Below, piece by piece: positions 17,493 to 27,455 of a stretch of DNA of 64,000 nt (position 1 is its first letter; each line of letters begins with the position of its first letter). Origin of the DNA: Candidatus Lloydbacteria bacterium RIFCSPHIGHO2_02_FULL_50_18 (GTDB lineage: Bacteria; Patescibacteriota; Minisyncoccia; Phycocordibacterales; UBA6899); the NCBI GenBank assembly GCA_001821395.1, contig MHLM01000004.1, positions 64,001-128,000 on the forward strand. The letters run 5' to 3'. The notes under the pieces are model-generated. The model had not been told where the DNA came from. It made no database searches and saw only the letters and a program-made list of their open reading frames with translations. Made by a program: the position numbers and the translations under genes.

Positions 17493-17741
17493 ATGTGTTT
17501 CTCTTTAGATCAATGATTAATTTCAACCCCCTCCACTATTAATACAAGCTCAGGGAGTATTTTCTTTCATCGGTGAAAATTGCCCGAATTTCAACGTTTA
17601 TTCTCGGTCTTTACGATGGTCTTTTCCGTTGCGAGGGAGGAATGACCCGTGTGAGCTACGATCAGCGGATCGAATGACGCCTGTTGACAGTCGTTGTCTT
17701 CTTTTGACACACTTACTGAGTGAGAAGCAGGTAAAGAAATC

Positions 17742-18815
17742 ATGCATAAAGGGTACAAGCCGATAAAATTCCCGGAAGATGAATCAATCCACGATTATAT
17801 CGTTGAGTGGTGGTATTTTAACGGCCACCTGAAAGATGCAGATGGCAATGAATATCCTTTTATGGACTGTCTGTTCAAGGTGGATATGAAGAAGGTGAAA
17901 AGACCTTTTTTGAGTCGGCTGCGGATCAAAACAGCCTACTTCTCTCATTTCTCTCTTTCGGACCTAACGAATAAAAGTTTTAATCAGCGGATAGCTCCTC
18001 TTTCGCTTGTTTCCGACGATAGCTTTTCTAAACCGCTCCTCTACATTAGTTATATCAATCCCACCGTCAAAAATAGTTACACGAACTGTGTCATTGAAAA
18101 AATAGGTGAGTCAGTTTATCATCTAAAAAATGAGGACATTGATCTCCAGTTAACGTCAGTGAAGGAGCCGCTGCTCGAAGGGGGAAACGGATTTCTCGAT
18201 TTCCATTCTCGGACAACCTATTATTACTCCTTAACGAATCTCAGAACGGTAGGAAAAATAAAGGTCAATGACAAATGGATAACTGTTACCGGCAAGTCCT
18301 GGATGGATCACCAATGGGCGGATGCGAGTTATTCCGTGAATAGGTGGGATTGGTTCTCGGTGCAATTCGATGATGATACGGAAATGGTCTGCTGTGTATA
18401 TGACGATGGCAAGGTCAAGACTTTTTTTGCCGACATTTCGTATCCGGATGGTACAGAGGGGCATTACACTGAGATCGAGATCATTCCTTTGGATAAGCAT
18501 TGGACAAGTCCAAAAAGCAAGGCGGTCTATCCAGTCTCATGGAGCATTACGATACCGGAAAAAAACATAGAGGTGAATCTGACTGCAGTGATCGAAGGTC
18601 AGGAAATGCTTTTTGGGTCAATTAATTATTGGGAGGGTCCGCTTAAGGTGGAGGGTTCATTCGGGGATAAGAGGGTAATCGGTGTCGGCTTCATGGAATT
18701 GGTCGGCTATCCATCAGAGTACAGTAATGTGAGATATCTCAAGGATGAGATCGGTAAGGTCGCAAGTTGGTTTATGTTAGCAATAAGGAAAAGGGCCCCC
18801 ACCCGTGGCTCGTAG
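17742..18815 (+). CDS. AttH/CrtC-like lipocalin-fold protein (COG5621-type predicted secreted hydrolase/hydratase)
   Basis: FPEDESIHDYIVEWWYFNGHL signature of the CrtC/AttH family. Confidence 0.6.
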   Translation: MHKGYKPIKFPEDESIHDYIVEWWYFNGHLKDADGNEYPFMDCLFKVDMKKVKRPFLSRLRIKTAYFSHFSLSDLTNKSFNQRIAPLSLVSDDSFSKPLLYISYINPTVKNSYTNCVIEKIGESVYHLKNEDIDLQLTSVKEPLLEGGNGFLDFHSRTTYYYSLTNLRTVGKIKVNDKWITVTGKSWMDHQWADASYSVNRWDWFSVQFDDDTEMVCCVYDDGKVKTFFADISYPDGTEGHYTEIEIIPLDKHWTSPKSKAVYPVSWSITIPEKNIEVNLTAVIEGQEMLFGSINYWEGPLKVEGSFGDKRVIGVGFMELVGYPSEYSNVRYLKDEIGKVASWFMLAIRKRAPTRGS

Positions 18816-18829
18816 TATAATGGTAGGTA

Positions 18830-20032
18830 ATGAAAAAAGGACCGTTGAATGTTCATCCTGACGTCATAAAATTGGGTATCGTCAGCTTTTTGACCGACCT
18901 CAGTTCCGAGGCGATCTTTTCGGTCTTCTCCCTATTTTTTACCGTCGTGGCGGGTGCTTCAACCTCTCTCCTCGGTTTGATCGAGGGTCTTGCTGACCTG
19001 TCTGCATCTTCGCTCAACTATTTTTCCGGTTGGTTGTCAGATCGCTACGGGAAGAGAAAGCCCCTTGCCGTAGCGGGGTATGGGTTTTCAACGGTGGCAA
19101 AGACGATACTTCTTTTTGGCACATCCGTCCTCGCTCTCGGTTCTTTCAGGGTAATTGAACGTTTGGGAAAAAGCTTTCGAGGTCCGCCCAAAGATGCATG
19201 GCTCGCAGAAATGACGGATGAGTCAACGAAAGGGTATGTTTTTGGTCTGCACAAGGCGATGGACAAAGCGGGCGCCGTGCTCGGTCCGCTTGTCGCATAT
19301 TTTTTACTTCGCGTGCTCGGAGAGAGCACGGGTACGTTCCATGTGATCTTTTTTTTGGCCGTGATAACGGCTGCACTATCGGTCGTTGTGCTTTTGTTCA
19401 TAAAAGATCGTCCGGGTATTTCTCATGAACGCGAAAATATGTTTAAGGCGTGGGGAACATTAAGTCCGCAATTTCGATCGTATCTTATTCCTGCGGGAAT
19501 TTTTTCTTTAGCATATTTCAGTTTCGGGTTTCTTCTGTTGCGGGCTTATTCCATAGGTTTTTCAATGGGTGACGTGGTACTGCTTTACGCACTTTTCAAC
19601 GTTTCGTTCGTCATAATTTCCATCCCGATAGGAAAACTCGGTGACATATTCGGGCGAAAGTACATTGTTGCTTTAGGATATGTTACATATATCATCATGT
19701 CTTTAGGCTTTGTCTTTGCCACTGAAAAATGGGAGGTGGTCATCTTGTTCCTGTTGTTTGGTATTTTTTACAGTATTGATGACGCCCAAAGCAAGGCATT
19801 TATTATGGATATAGAAAAAGACAGACGGGCCACTGCCATCGGCGTGTATAACTTCGTCACCGGCTTGATCTATCTTCCCGCTTCTGTTATTGCAGGCGTT
19901 CTTTGGGTCATGAATCCCGCATATGCATTCATTTTTGCAGCTATCGTCACGAGTATCGCCATGGGCGTTTTTATCGTGTTGCGTCCCTGGAATCAAAATT
20001 TATCACAACAAGATATCACCGAGAACTACTGA
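18830..20032 (+). CDS. MFS transporter
   Basis: 12 TMs, with a GWLSDRYGKRKP loop motif between TM2 and TM3. Confidence 0.8.
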   Translation: MKKGPLNVHPDVIKLGIVSFLTDLSSEAIFSVFSLFFTVVAGASTSLLGLIEGLADLSASSLNYFSGWLSDRYGKRKPLAVAGYGFSTVAKTILLFGTSVLALGSFRVIERLGKSFRGPPKDAWLAEMTDESTKGYVFGLHKAMDKAGAVLGPLVAYFLLRVLGESTGTFHVIFFLAVITAALSVVVLLFIKDRPGISHERENMFKAWGTLSPQFRSYLIPAGIFSLAYFSFGFLLLRAYSIGFSMGDVVLLYALFNVSFVIISIPIGKLGDIFGRKYIVALGYVTYIIMSLGFVFATEKWEVVILFLLFGIFYSIDDAQSKAFIMDIEKDRRATAIGVYNFVTGLIYLPASVIAGVLWVMNPAYAFIFAAIVTSIAMGVFIVLRPWNQNLSQQDITENY

Positions 20033-20041
20033 CGTCGCAGG

Positions 20042-20932
20042 TCACTGTTCCGCCCGCCCCATTTTGTCCAGTGTCTTTTTGAAACCCTCAATGCGACCCA
20101 TCAGCACCATGTGGAGTAGCTCTACGGGGTCAAGGTCGGCATGTTTTTCAAAAGCATCATGTGACGTGAAAACCTCCGTCGCGGGAGCGGCGCTTGCGGC
20201 AATGATCGAGCGAAAAAATTCTTTCCCCTCCTCACCTGCAAATCGCTCATGAAGTTCGGATAATTTTTCTTTCAGATGCGCGATCGTTTCAGGACTCATG
20301 AACTGCAATCGTGCGATGAGCGAATCACGATTCGTGGGAGCTCGAAGAAAATTATCCGCATCCTCGCCAAAGTCAAAGTGGACCATTTTTCCATCTTTAT
20401 ATGTGGCATTGTTCGCCCAATTACTCTGCGGATTGAAAAGGTGATCCTTGCTGTTGAAGAGATACTCGAGGAGTAATTGCTCAGACGCGAGCTCTTCTTT
20501 TGAAGTGTCGTTCTCGATCTTTTGGAGCGGCATTTTTCGTGAATAGTATCGTTCTTTTCCTTCTTCATCCGGAACGGTCACGACGTCGGCTACGTTAAGT
20601 ACGCCTTTCAGCATACGTGCGACCACCTGCTGCCCTCGTGGGTCATTTTTATTCGAAAGTTCATAATATGTTTCCCCATCGGCTGTTCGGACGGGAAGGC
20701 TGTATTCATTGAGCGGACGAATGAGTTTGACGCGCATCTCATCGGGGGGGAGCATGGAATATGTCGTTGGGTCGGCCTCGTTGGTGGCTTCATTCACCCC
20801 CGTTTTCACCTCGTCGTCTTGTGCATTGAATGATTCATTTCTCATTGCTTCAGCGTACGAGAGAAAAGAGAAATACTCAAGCGCAAAAGCAGTTCCGGGG
20901 TCGCCGAAGGCACTCGCAAAACTCTTTCCCAC
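20042..20932 (-). CDS. Hypothetical protein (296 aa)
   Basis: Long ORF with no recognisable motifs. Confidence 0.4.
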   Translation of the reverse strand: MGKSFASAFGDPGTAFALEYFSFLSYAEAMRNESFNAQDDEVKTGVNEATNEADPTTYSMLPPDEMRVKLIRPLNEYSLPVRTADGETYYELSNKNDPRGQQVVARMLKGVLNVADVVTVPDEEGKERYYSRKMPLQKIENDTSKEELASEQLLLEYLFNSKDHLFNPQSNWANNATYKDGKMVHFDFGEDADNFLRAPTNRDSLIARLQFMSPETIAHLKEKLSELHERFAGEEGKEFFRSIIAASAAPATEVFTSHDAFEKHADLDPVELLHMVLMGRIEGFKKTLDKMGRAEQ

Positions 20933-20994
20933 GTATCGACACCTATGTCGCGATTATGTAGTATGACCGACGGATTCATTCAAGGGGGATACTC

Positions 20995-21672
20995 ATGATC
21001 TTTCCAACACTGAAGGGGCAAATGCCCGGTTACGTCGATCTCGATGAGTACGCGCGCGGATGGTTGTTGCGGAATGGCTATTGTCGCATCCGCTCAGGGG
21101 CGGTCGGGTACCCGAAGATCAGCCCGCTGCTTGATCCCACCATCTGTCAATTCATGGTCCTCGAGTGTCATGCGAAACTCGGCCTCGACTTTTCCTACGG
21201 CGGATGGCTCGAAGATCGTTCCGTTCTGTGGAGCGGCAGTTATCTTGATCTGGGCAGCAAGTACATTCACTTGGGACTCGACATCAATACGAAAGCCGGC
21301 ACGCCGATCGCGCTCGATATGCCGGGCGAGATCGTGCTCGTCGACAATGACCATCCGCTTGTCGGAGGCTGGGGGACCCGGGTCATGGTCAAGCTCGATG
21401 ATGCGCCGATCGTGCTTATCTACGGTCACTTGGCTCATGTGAGGCATGTGGTGGGTGCGACACTCAAGCGCGGTGATATCTTTGCCGCGGTCGGTCCTTC
21501 TTCTTCGAATGGTGCTTGGTACACGCACGCACACGTGCAGGCAATGACCTTGCAAGCGTATGAATGTTTCCTCGATAAGTCGCTCGAGCTCGACGGGTAC
21601 GGAAGGCATGATGACATTTCGCGGCTAGCGAGGTTGTTTCCCGATCCTATGCAATTCATCGAGCTAGGGTAG
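20995..21672 (+). CDS. M23 family metallopeptidase (LytM-like)
   Basis: HLGLDI (HxxxD) and YTHAHVQ (HxH) motifs. Confidence 0.7.
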   Translation: MIFPTLKGQMPGYVDLDEYARGWLLRNGYCRIRSGAVGYPKISPLLDPTICQFMVLECHAKLGLDFSYGGWLEDRSVLWSGSYLDLGSKYIHLGLDINTKAGTPIALDMPGEIVLVDNDHPLVGGWGTRVMVKLDDAPIVLIYGHLAHVRHVVGATLKRGDIFAAVGPSSSNGAWYTHAHVQAMTLQAYECFLDKSLELDGYGRHDDISRLARLFPDPMQFIELG

Positions 21673-21776
21673 TGATGGCGGCGGACACAATGGTGTCCGC
21701 TTTTTCATGTCGACATCAAAAAAACCGCCTCATTTCCTGAGGCGGTTTATTATATTTCCGAGCGTCTCGGACAAAC

Positions 21777-22091
21777 TCACGTGACGATGGTAGCCGATGC
21801 GAGCATTTGCATGGCGATATGTTTCGTCTGCGGATCGAGAAAATCCAAAGAGAATTCGCCATTTTGCGCGGTCTTCCAAACGAAGTCGGTGCCGTACTCG
21901 AGGCCGAATTTTCCGAGGACGTTTGCGGCGCGCGCAACTGCCTCAACAGTCCGATAGTTCGCATTCAGTCCGCCGCCCCCGCCGAACGATTGGTTGATCT
22001 CACGTGAGAATTCTTCGCGTCGGGAGAAGTTACCGGTCTTAAGCGTCGCGGAGCAACCAGGCTGTTTCCAGTTTTTCAGTTCAAATGCCAT
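21777..22091 (-). CDS. Hypothetical protein (104 aa)
   Basis: A GGAGG ribosome-binding site lies 5 nt before ATG 22091. Confidence 0.35.
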   Translation of the reverse strand: MAFELKNWKQPGCSATLKTGNFSRREEFSREINQSFGGGGGLNANYRTVEAVARAANVLGKFGLEYGTDFVWKTAQNGEFSLDFLDPQTKHIAMQMLASATIVT

Positions 22092-22286
22092 GTGGCCTCC
22101 ATGTGCTGTTGTTTCCTTCATTAGAATACTGGCGCGCGTTGCTTTGTCAAACGGGCCAAGTGTAAAGCGGCATGAGAGGGAAACATGAGCTACTGCAGTT
22201 CGGGATCGAACCTCTCCGGAACGCGGAGTAAAATGAGTTGACGCTGGTGATCTATTCGTGATTTACGGTATAATCACTATACATTT

Positions 22287-23264
22287 ATGAACAACACATT
22301 GAAGATCGGCGGGTTAACGTTATTACTCATTCTCATAAGCGTGCTTTCATACGCGTTCTTTTCGCAACCCGAAACAATTACCCTTGCTCGGGAGGAAGCG
22401 ATAGATACGATCATCGGTGCGTATCCTGAATTAGCCGCGTACAAAGTAGTTTCGCTTCCACCAAGTTTCATAGAAGCAAAAAGGGCAGATGCGGGATGGG
22501 ATGTGGGATTTATTGAACTAGGAAGCGGAGTCCCCGGGGTACTGAGTGCAACGTGTTATCATGTTACAGACGCAAAAGCTGTTGTCTTGATCGGTGTATA
22601 TGCACAATTGAACGATAAGACTGCGGAGCGTATCGAGCTCACGACGTGCGAGCCGGTGTTCGCGGAGCAGACAGCCCCGGCGGCACCTATCACAGCCCCC
22701 GTGATTCCGCCAGTAACGCAAGATACTGTTTTGCCTTATGGCGATGTAACGCTTCGTCTGGGTCAGATCGCGACATTTAAGGATCTCTCCATGCGCCCGA
22801 TTGCTATCGAGGAAGATAGCCGTTGTCCCAATGATGTGCAGTGTATCCAGGCGGGGACGGTGCGCGTGAAGGTATCCGTCACCACAGGGGGAAGATCACG
22901 AGTGAGTATTCTTAAGCTCGGTGAGATCGTTGCGGCAGACAACGAAACAATATTGCTTGCCCACGTCCTGCCCGAGCAGAATTCCAAGATCACGGAAACC
23001 GATGCAGATTATCAGCTTCAGTTCACCGTGTTGCCGCAAGAACCCAAAGTTACCCCCTCCGTATTGGGTAAATGCTTCATCGGTGGTTGTTCGGGGCAAC
23101 TATGTACCGAGAGACCCGATGCCATCTCAACGTGCGAATACAACGCCGCATATGCATGTTATCAATCCGGGGTCTGCGAGCGACAGCCAAGCGGCACCTG
23201 TGGCTGGACGGAGACTCCGGAACTTGCCGCCTGCCTTCTGAATTCAGCGTCGGCGACATTATAA
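22287..23264 (+). CDS. Secreted protein with a C-terminal 8-Cys domain
   Basis: N-terminal signal anchor. C-terminal CFIGGCSGQLCTERPDAISTCEYNAAYACYQSGVCERQPSGTCGW. Confidence 0.45.
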   Translation: MNNTLKIGGLTLLLILISVLSYAFFSQPETITLAREEAIDTIIGAYPELAAYKVVSLPPSFIEAKRADAGWDVGFIELGSGVPGVLSATCYHVTDAKAVVLIGVYAQLNDKTAERIELTTCEPVFAEQTAPAAPITAPVIPPVTQDTVLPYGDVTLRLGQIATFKDLSMRPIAIEEDSRCPNDVQCIQAGTVRVKVSVTTGGRSRVSILKLGEIVAADNETILLAHVLPEQNSKITETDADYQLQFTVLPQEPKVTPSVLGKCFIGGCSGQLCTERPDAISTCEYNAAYACYQSGVCERQPSGTCGWTETPELAACLLNSASATL

Positions 23265-23379
23265 GTCAGCATGCGAGAGTTGGAGCGGGGTGCATGAGTG
23301 TTTCGTCGCTGCCCCGAGTTTCATGCGGCATTTCACTGTCATTTTTATTAATCTTACCCATAGACCTCAAATAACCTAC

Positions 23380-23859
23380 ATGAATACCACGGAAGAACAC
23401 ATGAATTTTATGCGCGTCGCAGTCGAGCATTCAAAAGCATCGGTCAGAACGGGTGGTGGTCCATTCGGCGCCGTCATCATGCAAAACGGCGTCATCGTGG
23501 GTGAGGGGAATAACATGGTTACGATAATGAATGACCCGACCGCACACGCTGAGGTTGTGGCGATCAGGAACGCCTGCGCGAAACTCAATACGTTTCAGCT
23601 GACGGACTGTACGCTCTACACGAGCTGCGAGCCCTGCCCGATGTGTCTCGGAGCTATCTACTGGGCTCGTCTCGGAAAAGTCTACTTCGGATGCGGAAGG
23701 ACCGATGCAGAGCAGATCGGGTTTGACGATGCGTTCATCTATACGGAGATAAATCGCGAACATGGCGAACGAGCAATAGCATTCGAGCAGTTGCTGCGCG
23801 ATGAAGCACTGGAGGCATTCGCGTTGTGGACCAAGAAGGAAGACAAGACGTCCTACTAA
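23380..23859 (+). CDS. CMP/dCMP-type zinc deaminase (guanine deaminase or TadA-like nucleoside deaminase)
   Basis: HAEVVAI and CEPCPMCLGAI zinc-binding motifs. Confidence 0.7.
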   Translation: MNTTEEHMNFMRVAVEHSKASVRTGGGPFGAVIMQNGVIVGEGNNMVTIMNDPTAHAEVVAIRNACAKLNTFQLTDCTLYTSCEPCPMCLGAIYWARLGKVYFGCGRTDAEQIGFDDAFIYTEINREHGERAIAFEQLLRDEALEAFALWTKKEDKTSY

Positions 23860-23959
23860 AGTGCAAAATAGATAAAGTCCGCCATGATCAAAGTTTGTTT
23901 TGATCGACCTATCGCGAAGGTGTCTCGTGTCTTCCGCTCAGGTAGTTTATACTTACTTC

Positions 23960-24856
23960 ATGCCCGTGTCCGTTAAGCATCATTTGATCGTCGTCGGTAT
24001 TTTGATGACGGTGGTCATCGCACTTTTGGGCGTGCTTGTCGTACTCACCAAGCAGCTCGGCTTACTAGAAAAAGAACCGTTGTTTCCTGCCATGGAATAC
24101 ATCAACGAAGAAGAGATCGTTGTCATTTCGCCAAGTGACGGTCAAAAAGAAGAGGTCGTCCTCCCCGTATCAAAGGTACTTTTTGAATACATCGAAGTTA
24201 CCGACGGATGCGGGCCGCATTTCGCAGGAACGTGTTTGAACGTCCGCTCCGGACCCGGAGAGGATTATCCTGTGGTGACGCAGCTTCGGACCGGCGTCGT
24301 GCTAAAAGTTGGGGGGAAGGTGGAGCGTGACGGACGCGTGTGGTATAAGATCGCGTTCAATGAATGGATCCGCTACCCTCTGCGTGTGGTGGGGGATTGG
24401 TATGTCTCTGCTGATTACGTGAACGCGCTCATGAATGAGGGTGATCGTGACCATTCGGACGGGCAAAATGGAACAAGTACGAAGCGCATCATCGTAGAGC
24501 GTTGGACGCAAAAACTGTACGCATACGAGGGTGAGGAATTATTCATGGAAGCAAAGATCTCTACTGGCGTTGAGCTCACGCCCACACCGCGGGGAACATT
24601 CACTGTTTTCAAAAAAACACCGAGCCGCTACATGCAGGGTCCTATTCCCGGTATTGCGGAAGAATACTACGATCTTCCCGGAGTGCCATGGAATCTCTAT
24701 TTCACCCATGATGGCGCGGTCATCCATGGGGCGTACTGGCATGACAATTTTGGACGCAGGTCGTCGCATGGTTGTGTAAATCTGCCGCCCGATCTGGCAA
24801 AAAAACTTTATCTTTGGGCTGATGTGGGGATGCAGGTGATTGTCCGAGATAAATAA
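23960..24856 (+). CDS. L,D-transpeptidase (YkuD domain) protein
   Basis: HGCVNL catalytic motif and a GTFTV segment. The start is ambiguous (23900 or 23960). Confidence 0.75.
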   Translation: MPVSVKHHLIVVGILMTVVIALLGVLVVLTKQLGLLEKEPLFPAMEYINEEEIVVISPSDGQKEEVVLPVSKVLFEYIEVTDGCGPHFAGTCLNVRSGPGEDYPVVTQLRTGVVLKVGGKVERDGRVWYKIAFNEWIRYPLRVVGDWYVSADYVNALMNEGDRDHSDGQNGTSTKRIIVERWTQKLYAYEGEELFMEAKISTGVELTPTPRGTFTVFKKTPSRYMQGPIPGIAEEYYDLPGVPWNLYFTHDGAVIHGAYWHDNFGRRSSHGCVNLPPDLAKKLYLWADVGMQVIVRDK

Positions 24857-24883
24857 CGTCGACACAGAAAAGGGTCGCTATTA

Positions 24884-25579
24884 TTGCGTTTGTGTGGTAG
24901 AACTCTCCGCATGATAATCAGTACCACCCTTTTCCTGAATTTTCTCATTGGCGCCTCCGTTTTGGCTTCCGGTGTTGAAGCAGAGCCATTTTTCGATATT
25001 TCTGGCCCGTCCTTCGTCGTTCCGACCGCGATGAGTTTCTCTGCTGTTCCTCTTGCTCCGCTTAATTTGAGCATTTCGGCGACGGTGCCGACCGTTCCAT
25101 TCTATTCCCAATTCGCGGACATTCATGAGGCGAAATGGCAGAAGGTTGGCTGCGGAGTGACTAGTCTTGCGATGATTATTGAATATTATCGCCCCGGGAC
25201 GGTCTCGGTGGATACATTGCTCCGAGAGGGTATCGCATCAGGTGCATATCTTTCGAATGCCGGATGGAAACATCGCGAGCTTGCCCTCTTAAGCGAGCGG
25301 TACGGTTTGGAAGGCAGGAGCTACGACTTTGCTCGTGAGACAAGAGTTGATGCATTTGCTCATCTTCAGGAATCATTGGACGTAGGCCCGGTCATTGCAT
25401 CGGTGCATTATAAGTTCGATCCGAAAAGCACGATCCCGCATCTCGTTGTCATCACAGGAATTGAGCGTGACCGCGTATACTACAATGATCCGGCCGGGCA
25501 CACTCCCGGTCAGTCGGTTGCTACCGATGATTTTCTTAAGAGTTGGAAAAAGAGATTTATTACCATACGGCCGGCATAA
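24884..25579 (+). CDS. Peptidase C39-like (papain-fold) domain protein, secreted
   Basis: VPFYSQ...KVGCGVTSLAMII Cys motif and a downstream His region. Confidence 0.55.
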   Translation: MRLCGRTLRMIISTTLFLNFLIGASVLASGVEAEPFFDISGPSFVVPTAMSFSAVPLAPLNLSISATVPTVPFYSQFADIHEAKWQKVGCGVTSLAMIIEYYRPGTVSVDTLLREGIASGAYLSNAGWKHRELALLSERYGLEGRSYDFARETRVDAFAHLQESLDVGPVIASVHYKFDPKSTIPHLVVITGIERDRVYYNDPAGHTPGQSVATDDFLKSWKKRFITIRPA

Positions 25580-25605
25580 GAAACACGGTTTGTGTCTATC
25601 AACGA

Positions 25606-26496
25606 TCACCGCACGGCATCAGTGAATACGACCAACCTCTCTGAATAGCTTAATTGTCCCGGATTCCAGGTGCCTTCACAGGTAATGATATTTAGATGTG
25701 CACCGCCATCTGCCGATACAAAAACAGTAGTAGCATCGGAATTTGGATCATAGAGACGACTCTCACGAACTGCGTATGTGAACGACTCTCCTCTGTCGTT
25801 AGTCACCGATAATCTGTCTCCCGCACGCAGCTCCCTTAGGTTCATGAAGACGCCCGGCTTCGTCAGCACTCCTCCGCGTATCTGGGCAACATGACCGGTC
25901 ATGACGGCGGTACCTATTTCTCCCGGTTGCGCACTTCCGGTGAACCATCCCACGTCGACAATGTTGTTTGGTATTTCCATTGCCCCGGCTTGTGTGAGAC
26001 CGTTGTGTTGAACATTTGCATCGACATTGAGCTTGGGGATATTGAGACGAATCGGTAATCCGCTATTGGTGTCGACCATCGGGATGGTTGTCGTTCCTGC
26101 AGTCGGTGCTGTTGTCGTCCCGACGATGATGTCCGGTATACGAATCACACTGATCGGAACTGCAGTGGTAGTGATATATAATTTTGCTCTCGAAATTGGG
26201 CCAAAAAAACCGACTGAAGGAGCAATGTCCATTGACGCCTGCCATTTCCCGAGCGCGGTCCTTGTGAGTGCTCCAAAGTAGCCAGTTGGGGTAGCAATGT
26301 TGAGAAATCCACCCGCAATCAAAAATTGTTGCAGTGCTGACACGTCACTCCCTCGAGCTCCCACCGTAAGGTTGCGCGTGAAGGTAAGTTCAGCAGCTGA
26401 GAAGGCAGAAGGTGCACTTTCCGCACTTGCATTACTTCCCAGCATTGAAGCAGCAAGCAGTAACGCGATAAGGTGTATTTTAGTTGATTGTCTCAT
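25606..26496 (-). CDS. Sortase-family transpeptidase with an N-terminal peptidoglycan-binding (PG_binding_1) domain
   Basis: LNIITCEG (TLxTC-like) plus the conserved His region. N-terminal RGSDVSALQQFL...GYFGALTRTAL. The start is ambiguous (26496 or 26568). Confidence 0.6.
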   Translation of the reverse strand: MRQSTKIHLIALLLAASMLGSNASAESAPSAFSAAELTFTRNLTVGARGSDVSALQQFLIAGGFLNIATPTGYFGALTRTALGKWQASMDIAPSVGFFGPISRAKLYITTTAVPISVIRIPDIIVGTTTAPTAGTTTIPMVDTNSGLPIRLNIPKLNVDANVQHNGLTQAGAMEIPNNIVDVGWFTGSAQPGEIGTAVMTGHVAQIRGGVLTKPGVFMNLRELRAGDRLSVTNDRGESFTYAVRESRLYDPNSDATTVFVSADGGAHLNIITCEGTWNPGQLSYSERLVVFTDAVR

Positions 26497-26512
26497 TGGG
26501 GTAGTATGCCAT

Positions 26513-26881
26513 TTATTCGCATGGAGCGAAATTGCAATCTGGAGGCAGGCGCAATGAGAATGAGCCATCCGGGCAACTTCTCGCGTCTGCGGTACACGTG
26601 ACGACGAGTCCTTCCGCCGTCGATGCCTTGGGCACGTCGGACACTCCGTTTGTTATCGCAAACGTAATCTGCTCATTGGGGCATCGATCAAATGTACAAT
26701 CGGGACCGGTGCGACCCACCGCGGATCCGTCAGGGCATATCTTTGCTTCAGCAGTGCAGGAACCAGCAGTTACACCAGTGCTGGGATACCATGGTAGTAT
26801 GAACGCGAAGATGAGGATGATGAGCGATACAATGATACCGACCTTACCGAGCACGATGACCTTCTTTTTCTCTAACTTCAT
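26513..26881 (-). CDS. Small membrane-anchored protein with two CxxxxxxCPDGS...PDCxFxxC repeats
   Basis: Internal duplication CTAEAKICPDGSAVGRTGPDCTFDRCP and CTADARSCPDGSFSLRLPPDCNFAPCE. Lies directly upstream of the sortase gene on the same strand. Confidence 0.45.
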   Translation of the reverse strand: MKLEKKKVIVLGKVGIIVSLIILIFAFILPWYPSTGVTAGSCTAEAKICPDGSAVGRTGPDCTFDRCPNEQITFAITNGVSDVPKASTAEGLVVTCTADARSCPDGSFSLRLPPDCNFAPCE

Positions 26882-26951
26882 TAGTATAGTATATGCCTCA
26901 CAAGCGAAAAATGCATCTTGAGAAGGTGCACCGCTTGCTCCATGAGAACCC

Positions 26952-27455
26952 ATGCGAGATGATATTTATTCCGCGTTAATGATCCTGCGACCCATGATAA
27001 TAAAAGAAAAATGGCGAGAGCATCCTTTGTATAAGCAGGGGAAAATAGAATTAGTGCCGACCGATTGGGTCTGGCAATACTTCGGGCGCGACGTCTCACC
27101 GGAGGCGGATCTGATGGACGGTACGCTCGTCTCCATGGATACGCTATGGGAAAATATTTGCGAAGAGGGATTGTATGATCCGCTCATCATGCGCATCGGG
27201 CTAGGGAATAAGAAGTTTCGTCTCGAGTCCGGTAATCACCGCATCCAAGTCTTTCATGAGCACGGAGTAGCGATGGTGCCCCTCACGGTTGAAGTGAGAG
27301 AAGCGTGCGGACCGGAGCTCCCCGATGTGATGACTGACGCGACGCACAATTTTGATGCTCCGGACGGATTTCTTATTTCAGTGATCACGGATGCACACAT
27401 GAAGCCAAGTGAAGTTTTTCAAGATATTAAAGATATGCAGAACAATAACTCATGA
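26952..27455 (+). CDS. ParB/Srx-fold nuclease-like domain protein
   Basis: LESGNHRIQV...GVAMVPLTV matches the DGHHR core of the ParB N-terminal domain. Confidence 0.5.
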   Translation: MRDDIYSALMILRPMIIKEKWREHPLYKQGKIELVPTDWVWQYFGRDVSPEADLMDGTLVSMDTLWENICEEGLYDPLIMRIGLGNKKFRLESGNHRIQVFHEHGVAMVPLTVEVREACGPELPDVMTDATHNFDAPDGFLISVITDAHMKPSEVFQDIKDMQNNNS

